49,656 nt of DNA from NCBI GenBank assembly GCA_039024555.1, contig JBCCQQ010000048.1, positions 1 through 49,656 on the forward strand, in the 5' to 3' direction. Position 1 is the first letter of the stretch. The number at the start of each line of letters is the position of its first letter. The notes under the pieces were generated by a model. It was not told the origin of the DNA. It did no database searches and worked only from the letters and a program-made list of their open reading frames with translations. The stretch comes from Cyanobacteria bacterium P01_D01_bin.156. GTDB taxonomy: Bacteria; Cyanobacteriota; Cyanobacteriia; Phormidesmidales; Phormidesmidaceae. This document shows, in pieces, positions 17,447-28,500 of this stretch. The position numbers and the translations under genes were made by a program.

Positions 17447-20074
17447 ATGGTTCGCTTTATTCTGACGGCTCTTGTGAGCCTAGTCTTTCTGCTTGTTACG
17501 CCCCCGGCCCTAGCTCAGTCTGCAACATCCACGGCGCTCTATCAGGTGCCCCAGGACGATGGCACGGTTTTAGAAGGAGAGATCTTTGATCTGTCTCAGA
17601 TGGCCATCGACGATTTTGGAGCCATTGATCTCTCCGATGAAACCGCCCAGGCTCAGCTCAGTGAAATTGCCCCCACTATCAATCTTGCTCACTTACAACC
17701 GGGTAATTTAGTCGCAGCTCAAGATTATCTCACGCTCAATCTGTTGGATACGGCCTTTGGTGTTGGCGAATGGAGTTTGCGGGATATTGCTCGGCAAACC
17801 TCGGTGTCTCTAGGGGAGATTCCTCTATCTGCCTATGGTGACGCCATGGGTAATGTGTCCTTGGGAGAACTGGCCCATGCGATTCCTGAATTTGCGAGGA
17901 GTACGGCCAACCAAAATTCTATTTTTATGGCCGCCATTGACACCTACCAGGCCCAGCTGTCAAACACAAATCACTCACTGAATCGAGATCTTAGACAGGT
18001 CGGCTATGACAATGCTTATTCGGTTCAAGAGATTCTCGATGGGTACACCCCTGGCCTAGCGGATCTACAGCTAAAGTCTCTTGATGAACAGCTCAATCAG
18101 TGGAGTGTTCTCGATATTCCAGGGCTAAGTACCACTCCAATCCAGGAATTAGATTCATTAGAGAATGCTTTTGTCGGTGATTTTGAGGCGCTAGGTTTGA
18201 CGGATAAGCTGACCCTCAGTGCTTTTCCAAATCCGCCCGTTCTCAATGACATCATCCGCATGGGACGTTTTGATGTGCCCCTAGGTGAACCAGAACACAA
18301 TCGATTGCGGGTCGTCTCGGGCGGTGTGACCCGAGGCGACAAATTTAAGGGGGAACCCTGTGATGGTGGAGGCTGTATCCATGTGGAACTCGATGAAGTG
18401 GGCGCACCACCCTCGTCCGGGCTCAGTGGCTTTGCTTGGATGACGAGTGACCAGCAGGTCCGCGATGGCTATGGACCGCTATGTGCGCCCTTTGGGTGTA
18501 AAGGCCCCGCTGGCAATCATCCTTTTGGTAAGGGCTTTCGTGTGTTGTTTAGCAATCTCAATGAAGCGGAAGGCTCTGTTCAAGTCTCCATCTCGTTTCG
18601 GGCCTGTCGGCGGATTGTGTTTGTTAAAACCTGCACGCCCTATGTTTTTCCCACTCCCAAAGGGATTCTCATTGGCAGCATTCAAGAGAAGGCAATTTTT
18701 CCGGTCACGCCCCCCGATATTAAACTCTCCGGTGATGATTTTAATTATGGCAACACTGGCTATGGTCGTACCGGTAATCGCTATGGCCGAAATCCCTGTT
18801 TCTCTGGAGCAGATGCGGTTACCGGCGATATTGTGGATCGGGCGATTGAAGCACTGTTAACGGTACCACTGTATGACCGTCAGGGTCGGTTAGTTGCCCA
18901 TGGTTGGGATGAAGCGGGTGTCCGAGAACATGCGCCGCTACTCATTGGTGCAGCCCTAGAACAGGGGGTTACGGACCCTGCCCACATTGCTTACATCCTA
19001 GCGACAACCGGTCATGAGGCCCTATTCCGAGGGCCGATTGAAGAGTTTGAATCGGGCTGGCGACGACGGACCGGACCAGGAGACTATGGTGCAGTCCACC
19101 GTGCGACGGGGCATCGGTACTATGGTCGCGGCTATGTTCAAATTACCTGGGCAACAAATTATCAAAAGATTGATCAGGTGCTGGGAACAAACACCTATCA
19201 CAATCCAGACCAGATGCTAGATCCAGCCGTCGCCGCCCCCGCAACTGTAATCGGCATGCGCGATGGGATTTTTACCGCTCGCAGCCTAGACGATTACGGC
19301 TATGGTGACAATTTTGATTGGAATGGAGCCCGCAGCATTATCAACAATGGCGATCTCCGCTCCACTATTGGGGGCTATGGTCAACATATCTATGAATACA
19401 TTAGAAATACGGATACAGACGATGTTCAACGTTCAGACGGGACATCTACCTGTGGCACCGGAGATGGATCGGTTACTTCACCCTTGGGAGGCACCTCGCT
19501 TGAAGACTTATTAAACACCTACCAGCTGGCAGATTTTCAACGGTTTGATGCCTATCGCGCCTACCGCAATGGCTGGCACGGGGGCATTGATCTCGACTAT
19601 CGTGCAGGGGGTGGAGCTGGTGGAGCGGTCAATTCAGTATCTCAAGGAACCGTTGTTTCAGTCGCTCAAATTGGTCATGCCCGTGCCACCGGAGAACCCA
19701 GTGTCCAAGTTGTTGTGATGACCACCGATTCCTTGGGTCGTCAAATCGAACAGCGCTATAATCACTTATCGCTAAGTTCGGTTCAAGCGGCAACCGGATG
19801 TGGATTAGGCGCGTGTAATGTCCCTGTAGGTTCTGGCACCCCCATTGGTGCAGTCGGTCAAGAAGATACCTTATCTAGAGGAGCCCATCTCGATTACAAA
19901 GTAAAGATTGACGGTCAGTTTGTAGATCCATGGGGCTTCCTGCAGGTTCAAGCGGCAGGCGGTTCCGGCACAATCAACACGATTAATTTGGCCACAGGGG
20001 CCATTGGCTCAATCGATGTTGCCCCTCTCAGTGTGCCTACCCCTGACGAAGAGGCCACAGTACCGGCATCTTAA
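17447..20074 (+). CDS. T4SS-associated peptidoglycan hydrolase: large N-terminal domain + GH19-like lysozyme + M23 peptidase
   Basis: Signal peptide; AYILATTGHE..YYGRGYVQITWATNY..ARSIIN (GH19-like); HGGID..RYNHL..GAHLD (M23-like). Confidence 0.85.
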   Translation: MVRFILTALVSLVFLLVTPPALAQSATSTALYQVPQDDGTVLEGEIFDLSQMAIDDFGAIDLSDETAQAQLSEIAPTINLAHLQPGNLVAAQDYLTLNLLDTAFGVGEWSLRDIARQTSVSLGEIPLSAYGDAMGNVSLGELAHAIPEFARSTANQNSIFMAAIDTYQAQLSNTNHSLNRDLRQVGYDNAYSVQEILDGYTPGLADLQLKSLDEQLNQWSVLDIPGLSTTPIQELDSLENAFVGDFEALGLTDKLTLSAFPNPPVLNDIIRMGRFDVPLGEPEHNRLRVVSGGVTRGDKFKGEPCDGGGCIHVELDEVGAPPSSGLSGFAWMTSDQQVRDGYGPLCAPFGCKGPAGNHPFGKGFRVLFSNLNEAEGSVQVSISFRACRRIVFVKTCTPYVFPTPKGILIGSIQEKAIFPVTPPDIKLSGDDFNYGNTGYGRTGNRYGRNPCFSGADAVTGDIVDRAIEALLTVPLYDRQGRLVAHGWDEAGVREHAPLLIGAALEQGVTDPAHIAYILATTGHEALFRGPIEEFESGWRRRTGPGDYGAVHRATGHRYYGRGYVQITWATNYQKIDQVLGTNTYHNPDQMLDPAVAAPATVIGMRDGIFTARSLDDYGYGDNFDWNGARSIINNGDLRSTIGGYGQHIYEYIRNTDTDDVQRSDGTSTCGTGDGSVTSPLGGTSLEDLLNTYQLADFQRFDAYRAYRNGWHGGIDLDYRAGGGAGGAVNSVSQGTVVSVAQIGHARATGEPSVQVVVMTTDSLGRQIEQRYNHLSLSSVQAATGCGLGACNVPVGSGTPIGAVGQEDTLSRGAHLDYKVKIDGQFVDPWGFLQVQAAGGSGTINTINLATGAIGSIDVAPLSVPTPDEEATVPAS

Positions 20075-20116
20075 CCGTTATCTCTGCTGACACCACAACA
20101 GATTTTAGGAGACCGT

Positions 20117-20599
20117 ATGAAACACATTAAACCCCTCCATTTTTTGTCCGTTTTGCTAATTTCAGCCGCTATTGTTATCACACAGCTCTCACCGGTTCAG
20201 GCTGTTGAAACACCCCCCGGATTGAACAATGCCTATCAACAGGTGTTATCCAGCTGGTCAGCCCCCCTCCTACCGGCTCGTCTTCCTTTTGCCGTTATCA
20301 ATGTCGATACCAGTGTCAGTGATACTCACTATCTCATTATCCTCGACATTAATGAATTTCAAACCGTCGCCATTGCAGCAGGGGAGAACAGTAAACGGAT
20401 TGATGCCCTATCAACCGATGCGGTTCAACCCATTACGCTTGCCCATCAGGTCGTCGGGTACTTTCTTCCAGCCGGTCAAACTGATGAAGAGCCGCCTGAA
20501 CTCTCATTTGTGATAGGTGGCATCAATTACTACGTGGGGGGCTGGGTGGCTCCCGAGGATTTGATTGCCATTGCAAATTCCATGATTAACAATCCCTAG
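20117..20599 (+). CDS. Secreted hypothetical protein (paralog of next gene)
   Basis: GGAG RBS, signal peptide ending VQA, C-terminus GINYYV..PEDLIAIANSMI. Confidence 0.75.
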   Translation: MKHIKPLHFLSVLLISAAIVITQLSPVQAVETPPGLNNAYQQVLSSWSAPLLPARLPFAVINVDTSVSDTHYLIILDINEFQTVAIAAGENSKRIDALSTDAVQPITLAHQVVGYFLPAGQTDEEPPELSFVIGGINYYVGGWVAPEDLIAIANSMINNP

Positions 20600-20606
20600 T
20601 CAAACC

Positions 20607-21185
20607 ATGAGATTTCCTAACAAATCACTCCTCATACTGGCGGCCTGCATCGCCGTTGTTCTCTTTACTGGTTCCTCACTGCTGGCTCAGTCAACCTCGG
20701 TCACAGTTGAGGAACTGCAACGTGAAACCTCGATTCCGGTACTTATACCGGATGCAACAACTCTAGCGATGGAAAGTCCCCTTTATCCTGAGATTATGTA
20801 CTCTGGACCAGAGGGCTATTATGTGGCCTATGGATGGACTGAACACTGTGCTGATGCAGGCTTTTGTAACCATGCTCGGGTCAAAGGATATCGCATTGGC
20901 TCCACAGTCTCTCACTTTAAGCCGGAGTCTCTTGAGGCACTGATTGCGGAGCGTACTGAAGTGCTTGCGGAAGCACCCTACAGGTCGCCAGATCCTATTG
21001 AAACGATCTCGCTGACTGATGGGTCGAACGCAACGGTGCTGCCCTGGTATTCCTACACCAATCCGGGCAATACCGAGGTCATCTTTGAACGGGAGGGTAT
21101 TCGCTATCTCTTTGCCATTGAAATGGCTCCCAATGCGGAGGTGATTGCCATGGCCAATTCCGCACTAATGGGGTCTCCTCAGTAA
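20607..21185 (+). CDS. Secreted hypothetical protein (paralog of previous gene)
   Basis: Signal peptide, IPVLIP motif, C-terminus GIRYLF..NAEVIAMANSAL. Confidence 0.75.
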   Translation: MRFPNKSLLILAACIAVVLFTGSSLLAQSTSVTVEELQRETSIPVLIPDATTLAMESPLYPEIMYSGPEGYYVAYGWTEHCADAGFCNHARVKGYRIGSTVSHFKPESLEALIAERTEVLAEAPYRSPDPIETISLTDGSNATVLPWYSYTNPGNTEVIFEREGIRYLFAIEMAPNAEVIAMANSALMGSPQ

Positions 21186-21189
21186 TGCC

Positions 21190-22965
21190 ATGGTCTATTT
21201 CGTTCGTCTCATACAACTCGCATCCATCTCTAACAGCTTTTTGTCGTCCCTATCCCCCCAGCAGCTGGGTATCGTGGGCGTCTGCATCGTGGGGATTTTG
21301 GCCCTTATTATTCTGGGTAACCGAGGCGGGGGCCGTAAATCTCGGCTGGCCACCAGCCGCTGGGCTAAAGGGGGCGACCGCAGCCGTGCTAAAAAACGGG
21401 CAAAACAACAGATTAATGGACGAGAGAAAAATAAGGTCACTCTCTGGGTCAATGGTCCCAAACTCAAATTGGTGCACCATGAAAAGAAATCCACTCAATA
21501 TAGAGTCTCAGGCGATCATAAAACCATTTACATTCCCGATGCCCAACGCGGCATTTCGATAATTGGGGGTCCCGGTACGGGTAAAACCTTTAGCGTCATC
21601 GACCCAGTCATTCGCTCCGCCATTGCCCAAGGGTTTCCTCTCTGTCTCTATGATTTTAAATACCCGGCTCAAACCCAGCGGGTGGCAGCACTGGCCCAAG
21701 CTGCAGGCTATGAGGTGAATATCTTTGCACCGGGATTTCCGGAATCTCAGGTGTGTAATCCGTTGGATTTTATCCAGGATGCTACCGATGCCGCCACCGC
21801 CCGACAAATTGCAGAGGTGCTCAATCGCAATTTCAAACTCTCGGCGGCTCAAACTGACGATCCGTTCTTCTCAAATTCCGGTGACCAGCTTGTAGAAGCA
21901 ACGCTGTTATTAGCAAAGGCCTTACCCCATCCTGATGTGATGACGGCCTACACCATCCTCAGCGATCCAGACCTGATCAATCGACTCAAGGGCATCAACA
22001 CCATTAATCCCTGGGTGGGTGTAGCGTTTGGTCAGCTGTTGAGTACGGCCAAATCTGAAAAGACGGTGGCGTCCATTGTGTCCACCGCCGCCCTGGTCTT
22101 TACCCGGTTTATGAAAGCGGGCATGTTACCGGCCTTTTGTGGCCAGTCTACGCTGCCCTTAGATATGACGGGAAAACGGTTGCTTATTTTTGGCATGGAC
22201 CGTAACAAACGGGATGTGGTGGGTCCATTGGTGGCCACAGTTCTCCATATGGTGATTACCCGCAATGTGACTCAGCCCCGCACGGACCCACTCGTTGTTG
22301 TTTTAGATGAATTACCGACGTTGTATCTTCCCAGTCTCGTTCAGTGGCTCAATGAAAATAGAGAAGATGGTCTGTGCACCCTAATCGGCTATCAAAACCA
22401 GAATCAGTTGGAAAAGGCCTACGGAAAAGAGCTGGCCCAGGCGATCTTTGGGGGCACGGCTTCTAAATTTATGTTTAATCCTCAGAGTGCCGAATCGGCG
22501 GATATGTTTAGCCGCATGCTGGGGGATGAGGAGATTCGCTATAAATCTAAGTCTCGTAATACAGGTGGCGGTAAAACCAGCACCACACGGGCAGATCAAG
22601 AACGCACCCGGCGGTTATTTGCACCCGAACAGTTTAATCGTTTGCCCCAAGGGCATTGTGTCTATATCAATCCTGGCTATGGCACTCGTAAAGAAGGCTC
22701 TGTTCCCCAAAAGCTCACTATCAAGGTCACCTCCCGTGAGGTGAAGGCGCAAACGTTAAGTGTTCAATGTTGGGAGTCCCTCAAACAGGCTCTCATTGCT
22801 CGCGGGATTGGCACCATTCCCCAAGATCCCGATGCAGTCACTATTCGAGAACAGGAATTTCAGGCACGCTTACCCATTGTGGGCAACAACGATACGGCCA
22901 TGCCGACAGGCAATGCACTAACCACACCATCAGGGATACCTCACACCCTATCTAGGCAGATTTAG
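21190..22965 (+). CDS. virD4: Type IV coupling protein (VirD4/TraD family)
   Basis: N-terminal TM; Walker A GGPGTGKT, YDFKYP, Walker B VVLDELP, GYQNQNQL..YG. Confidence 0.92.
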   Translation: MVYFVRLIQLASISNSFLSSLSPQQLGIVGVCIVGILALIILGNRGGGRKSRLATSRWAKGGDRSRAKKRAKQQINGREKNKVTLWVNGPKLKLVHHEKKSTQYRVSGDHKTIYIPDAQRGISIIGGPGTGKTFSVIDPVIRSAIAQGFPLCLYDFKYPAQTQRVAALAQAAGYEVNIFAPGFPESQVCNPLDFIQDATDAATARQIAEVLNRNFKLSAAQTDDPFFSNSGDQLVEATLLLAKALPHPDVMTAYTILSDPDLINRLKGINTINPWVGVAFGQLLSTAKSEKTVASIVSTAALVFTRFMKAGMLPAFCGQSTLPLDMTGKRLLIFGMDRNKRDVVGPLVATVLHMVITRNVTQPRTDPLVVVLDELPTLYLPSLVQWLNENREDGLCTLIGYQNQNQLEKAYGKELAQAIFGGTASKFMFNPQSAESADMFSRMLGDEEIRYKSKSRNTGGGKTSTTRADQERTRRLFAPEQFNRLPQGHCVYINPGYGTRKEGSVPQKLTIKVTSREVKAQTLSVQCWESLKQALIARGIGTIPQDPDAVTIREQEFQARLPIVGNNDTAMPTGNALTTPSGIPHTLSRQI

Positions 22966-22977
22966 GAGCTTGATCGT

Positions 22978-24414
22978 ATGCAAACGGGATATACCCAACT
23001 GGATGCTGAAGAACGTGAAGCGGTCCGTACCAATGGGGTGATTACGGGTCAATTGTTAACAACCGCAGCTCGACTCACGCGGCAGGCCCTAGACCGGGGT
23101 CTAGAGTGGTTACAAAATAGAACTCGGCCCCCCACGGAATTGGAACTTACCCGGTCTCAACAACAGGCGGCGGATATTATTGCGGTTACCACGGAGCGCT
23201 GTGGGGACCTTCAACCGGATGGTTCAGTTGCTTTTGAAACCGAACAGTATCGCTTTTCGGTTACCCCCGATGGCATTTATTCAGCCGTTGATAAAAACCT
23301 GGACTGGACTGTGTTTGAATTTCAGCGAGACCGGGCGGCGGTACAGGAAAAAGCAGCGGCACTGGTGGATTTAGCGGCGGATTATGGAGACTATACCCCT
23401 GAAGCAGCGGCAGCAGCCACCAGTGGTGCCATCGATGATTTGTTTACGGTGATCGACGACCCTGAATTGGACATGGAACATTCTGTTGCAGCCTCACCTG
23501 TGGTGGCCACACCACTCCCAGAACCAGTGGTGAATGACGGGCCATCCACGGTCGCGCCATCTCAGGTGATGCCCATTGTCACAACGGAACTCACTGAAGA
23601 AGCAGAAACAGTACCGGCAGTAGAGACCACTGCAGAGATTGGAAACAGCCATGATTCTCAGACCATGGCGGCCTTCTTTTCGAATTTGGTGGATACCCAG
23701 GGGCAGATTGCTGAACCAAATGACGGAACCGAGGGTGAATTAGCACCTGAGACCGTCAATAGTCCTGAAGCACCCGTACTCGACGATCCATGGATCTCAG
23801 AAGAGTCTGTAGAACCCACCGCTGAGATCGCAGACGAGCTGGTGGAAACCTACGGTGAACCGATTCACCCTAAACCGCCTAAGCGCTATACCGGAGAAAC
23901 ATTTGATATTCTCCAAAATGACACCCATTACGACGTCCGTGATAAGGATAATCAAACGCTCTTTAGCTTTGAAAAGCAGGGCAATCAGTATCACATTCTC
24001 CAGGACAATCTCAGTGACAAACAACGGCAACAGTTTTCTCGGGTGCATACCCGCACTCAATCGGTTGGCCTAAGTCAGATAATGGCTGACCCCACCGGCA
24101 ATAGTCAGCTGCAGTATCTTGAAGACCTAGCCCCAGAAGGCAGTAAAGCGGTTTCCTTTGCTCACCAACAACTTGACCTAGCCCATACGAATCAGTTAGA
24201 CACTCAATCCCAAAGCATTCTTCGTCAAGAGGATCGTTCGCTGGTGATTTTTAACAAGACCGATAATCGCATCGTTGCCTCATCGACTGCAAATGGTGAG
24301 ATTTCATCTCAGATGACGCCCAATGAAAAGGCTATGTTTGCCCAGGCATGGCAGCAAACGACATCGCAACAACATAGCCCACAGCCGTCTCGCAGCGTTG
24401 ATCTGGAGCGCTAA
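22978..24414 (+). CDS. Hypothetical acidic protein with three repeated modules; candidate T4SS substrate
   Basis: GGAG RBS; 478 aa; ends SRSVDLER. Confidence 0.75.
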   Translation: MQTGYTQLDAEEREAVRTNGVITGQLLTTAARLTRQALDRGLEWLQNRTRPPTELELTRSQQQAADIIAVTTERCGDLQPDGSVAFETEQYRFSVTPDGIYSAVDKNLDWTVFEFQRDRAAVQEKAAALVDLAADYGDYTPEAAAAATSGAIDDLFTVIDDPELDMEHSVAASPVVATPLPEPVVNDGPSTVAPSQVMPIVTTELTEEAETVPAVETTAEIGNSHDSQTMAAFFSNLVDTQGQIAEPNDGTEGELAPETVNSPEAPVLDDPWISEESVEPTAEIADELVETYGEPIHPKPPKRYTGETFDILQNDTHYDVRDKDNQTLFSFEKQGNQYHILQDNLSDKQRQQFSRVHTRTQSVGLSQIMADPTGNSQLQYLEDLAPEGSKAVSFAHQQLDLAHTNQLDTQSQSILRQEDRSLVIFNKTDNRIVASSTANGEISSQMTPNEKAMFAQAWQQTTSQQHSPQPSRSVDLER

Positions 24415-24419
24415 GACCC

Positions 24420-25211
24420 ATGGTTCGAATGTTGATTTCCTATACCCTCGCTGCAGGCATTATGACACCGCCTGCTCTATTGAGTACTCAACCGTCTCTC
24501 CAGACGGAGATTAAACCAGCTCTCAAATCTCCAATCTTACGGACAACCAAGCCCGTTCAGCCTCTGCCAATTCGGAACAATCCATCTACAGTCATCCCTC
24601 CACCAACCGTTATTCCAACACCTCAAACGGTTGCGCCACAGTTTGTGACCTATCGTCCTGAGTTAATTGCACCTCCGTCTTTAGAAAACCTGACATACCC
24701 TGAACCACCAATATCCACCGTGCCTGATGCGGCATTACCGGTAACGGCATTGCCACCACCCCCCATTGAAACCATTACCCCAGAGACTGCAGACAACCTT
24801 AATCAACTCACTGAGATCACCATACTCCGCGAGGTGGTCTCCGATGCCCATATCACCAGTACCGCTCCCCTAACGGCCCACGACCTGATGTCCGGTGACA
24901 TTCTTTGGGAAACAACCGAAGCGCTAGCCGTTCAGGCCAACAATCATCAGGTACTACTGGATGATCAACCCCATACAGAACTTATTCTTACCGTTCCTGA
25001 TGGTGAATTCATTACGGTTAATGGAACAGCATATTCCGGTGGTCTGATTCTTCGTGCCCAAGACAATAACCTGTATGTCATCAACTATCTCTCAGGAGAC
25101 CAGATAACGGCTCAGCCGGACATGCCCATTAAACAATCCCATACCTGGTACGACCTAGATGGTCGGCATCTGCAACCAGCCACCCAAATTGCCCAGCATC
25201 GTTCACCATAG
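24420..25211 (+). CDS. Pro-rich exported protein with truncated SpoIID/LytB-like region
   Basis: ITVNGTAYSGGLILRAQDNNLYVINYL resembles the beta region preceding the SpoIID catalytic domain. Confidence 0.55.
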   Translation: MVRMLISYTLAAGIMTPPALLSTQPSLQTEIKPALKSPILRTTKPVQPLPIRNNPSTVIPPPTVIPTPQTVAPQFVTYRPELIAPPSLENLTYPEPPISTVPDAALPVTALPPPPIETITPETADNLNQLTEITILREVVSDAHITSTAPLTAHDLMSGDILWETTEALAVQANNHQVLLDDQPHTELILTVPDGEFITVNGTAYSGGLILRAQDNNLYVINYLSGDQITAQPDMPIKQSHTWYDLDGRHLQPATQIAQHRSP

Positions 25212-25228
25212 ATGGGGTCTTTGCTCCG

Positions 25229-25558
25229 GTGTCCTCTATGTCCAATGTTCCGATGACTTTACTCACTGCCCAAACGGCTGATGACTTTACCCAACTGGGA
25301 AAAGAACTCGTCGATATTCAAGCCCTACTTCAAGCTCAGGCCTATGAACTCAGCGAACACGACACCATCCCTGACTGGCTAAGTCCCTGGCCCATCGAAA
25401 TGCAAACGGTCTTTTGTTGCCCTCATTGGAATCAATGGATGGTGCAACAACTCCAGCAATGGCAACCCACCGACGACCAGGTGTCTCTCACCATTACCAA
25501 TCTCGTTAAAGCGACGGTCTTCTACTTACAATCCGGCGAACTGGATCAACTAGGCTAG
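25229..25558 (+). CDS. Hypothetical protein
   Basis: ORF fills the operon gap on the same strand; start codon uncertain. Confidence 0.6.
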   Translation: MSSMSNVPMTLLTAQTADDFTQLGKELVDIQALLQAQAYELSEHDTIPDWLSPWPIEMQTVFCCPHWNQWMVQQLQQWQPTDDQVSLTITNLVKATVFYLQSGELDQLG

Positions 25559-25587
25559 TCTCCCTTTCTCCCCCTCTCCTCTACTCC

Positions 25588-28500
25588 ATGGATTTCGCTG
25601 CCCAACAAAAACTTGTCACCGCATTCCAGGATTACTTCCTGGCTGGTAACGGCTTCTCCACTATCGTGCAGGCACGACAGTTTGCTAGTGACCAGTTGGA
25701 GCAGGTATTAGATCCGCTATCGTCTGATCATAAACAGGTGGATGAGGGGATCGAGAAGGCGATTGTTCGCACGGCTCGACAGTTGATTTTGGGGACTGAC
25801 TCGCTCGTACCATCCGTCACTACCCATCAGGCCTTTGACCGGCTAACGGAATTACTCAGTCGTCAACCTCGACTAGCGGTGCGCACATCCACATCCATGG
25901 CCCAGCAGGCCTACAGTACGCCCATTCCCATTGCCTATTTTGCTGCCACCCTAGCAGGCATTGATGCGAATACGGTGGTTTATGAACCCACTGCAGGCAA
26001 TGGTGCTCTTTTAATCTCGGCAAATCCAGCCCGAGTGATTGCCAATGAGTTAAACGATGATCGGTTTAGAGAACTACAGCATCAAGGGTACGCCCAGCTG
26101 ACACAACAGAATGCCTGTGACTATTCTCCCGCTCAGGGCATAGTGGATGTTGTGATTACTAACCCACCGTTTGGTCGTACCCGAGATCCGACAACCGGAC
26201 AAAGCCAACGGTTCACCATTGGCGATACCTGGAGTGCCCAGTTAGACCATGCCATTGCGTTTAAGGCCCTCGATGCTCTCAAAGAGGACGGTCGTGCTGT
26301 CCTAATTATTGCGGCTCCGCATCGTCGCTCTCAACAGATTACCGATGAGTATCGTGCTAACCAGTACAACGAACGCGAAACCCGTGGATTCTTTTTTAAT
26401 CTCTATCGCCATTACACCGTTACGGATCATCTCACCCTCGATGGAAACCTCTATGCCAAACAGGGAGCTGGGGCTGATATTGATTTGATTGTGATTCAGG
26501 GCCGACGGGCTGCGCGCGATGGCCCCTTGATACGAGCCTTGCCCGCCGTTGATGTGCCTCCCATACTCACTACCTTTAACCAGCTTAAGGAGAGATTGCC
26601 CAATGTTTCCCTATCCCACCTATCCCAAACTTTGGAGGCCCCAGGAGAATCCAGACATTCTGACGGTGAAGGTACCCCAGAGCCATACTCAGCTAACGGA
26701 CCGCATTTACCGAGAGCTGATGGAGGAACGGCTGAGCTGGCTGATATGGGAAGCGATCTCAACCAACGGTCACAGTCTGATGGAGATTCACCAAACCCTG
26801 AATCAGTTTCTCTCCCAAACAGCACCCACCCAAATATCACCGGATCTGCCGAAGGACGAAGACGATCAGATTCAATGGTGTCAGGACTGGGCACAGACAC
26901 TGGTCCAGGGGAACGAGATCGTTCGAATGACTCTAAATACAGCGGAGCTGACCATCGTCCCACTGACGCCAGACAGCTCCCACTATTCTCAAGGACTGGA
27001 GCTACACGACAACACTACCCTACACATCTGGCTCGATACGGTGAAACCCTAGCCATGGTTGACTCTATTTCTACCCCTAAAGAAACCACCCAAGTCCCTT
27101 ATCAACCGCGCAGTCAGGGCCGTTCCATGGACACGCTGATTCCGCGTAATATGGCCAATTCGGCTCAGGTGGCGCTGATGCGCTTTGAGCAACAGCATGG
27201 CAATATCGATGAGTTTGTTCGCACTAGTCTGGGCTACAGCTCTATCGGTGAACTCCACCAGCGGTTATACGCGGAACAAATCGATACCATTGGCCTCGCC
27301 ATTAGTAATCTCAACCGGGGTAATGGCTTTGTCATTGGTGACCAGACGGGCATTGGTAAAGGCTGTCAGTGTGCGGCCATTATGGCCTACAGCACCCGCC
27401 AGGGAAAACCGGTGGTGTTCTTTACTCAGAAAAATGCGCTGTACAAGGATATTCTGCGGGATTTGGAGACGATCGGCGTACGAGATTTTGCTCCCTTTGT
27501 CACCGACAGCAATGCCAAGATTGAGCTGGGCAAAGGGGCCATGCTACGCACCGGCAGCCATGGTCAACAAGAACAAGAGATGAACCGCCTCATGGGAATG
27601 GGGAATCTTGGGTCCTATGATGCGGTGTTTACCACCTACAGCCAGATTCAAACGGTAGCTCAAAAAGAACCGCTGCGGCGACACTTTTTAAGATCGCTCG
27701 CTGAACGGGGTGCTATTTTTATCTGCGATGAAAGTCACGAGGCGGGCGGCTCTCCCCAAACGGGCTGGCAGATTAATGGCGCACCGCCAAACCGGGCTGA
27801 CTTTATGCGCGAGCTGATCGATACGACTCTGGCCAGTGGTGGTGGGGTGATCTACAGCAGTGCCACCTATTCCAAACGCCCTGATGTAATGGACCTTTAT
27901 GCCCGCAGTACTGACCTACGCTACGCGGTGGGGAAACATCGGTCTTTGGAAGCTACGTTACGGGTGGGTGGAGTACCGCTGCAGCAGGTGATTGCAGCTA
28001 AATACGTAAAATCGGGGCAGATGATGCGCCGGGAGCGATCGTTTGAAGGAGTCTCTTTTGACACGCTGACGGTCCCGGCTGATCAGGAAACGGCGGACCA
28101 GTTTTCGGCGGCGATGCGGGCGATTAATGCATTTGACCGGGCGAAACAAAAAGAGGTTAAAAAGCTCAGCAAGGAATTGCGCAAAGAAGCAAAACAATTG
28201 GCTTTGGATAACGCTATCGGACAGGTAGGCGTTAAATCGACAAACTTTACCAGCCTGATGCACAACTGCATTGAGCAGGGGTTATTAGCACAAAAAGCAG
28301 AGGCCACGGTTCAAACAACAATTCAAGAACTTGAAGCGGGACGTAAGCCGGTCATTGCCTTGGACAATACCATGGGAGCCTTTATTGATGCCTGGGCAGA
28401 CACCCATGATGCGAAACCGGGAGACCGGGTCAATATTACCTTTTCAGATCTCTTGGCCCGTTACCTAGAGCGCTCTCGCGATATTGCCATTACCAACCAT

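Noticed and set aside
21185..21562. 125-aa alternative-frame ORF over the virD4 start
   Set aside because: The main frame there encodes the needed TM anchor; the product lacks a folded-protein character, unlike the nested ORF at 26603.
8355..22965. Absence of a VirB11 ATPase
   Set aside because: Expected for the cyanobacterial MPF_C class, so not novel.
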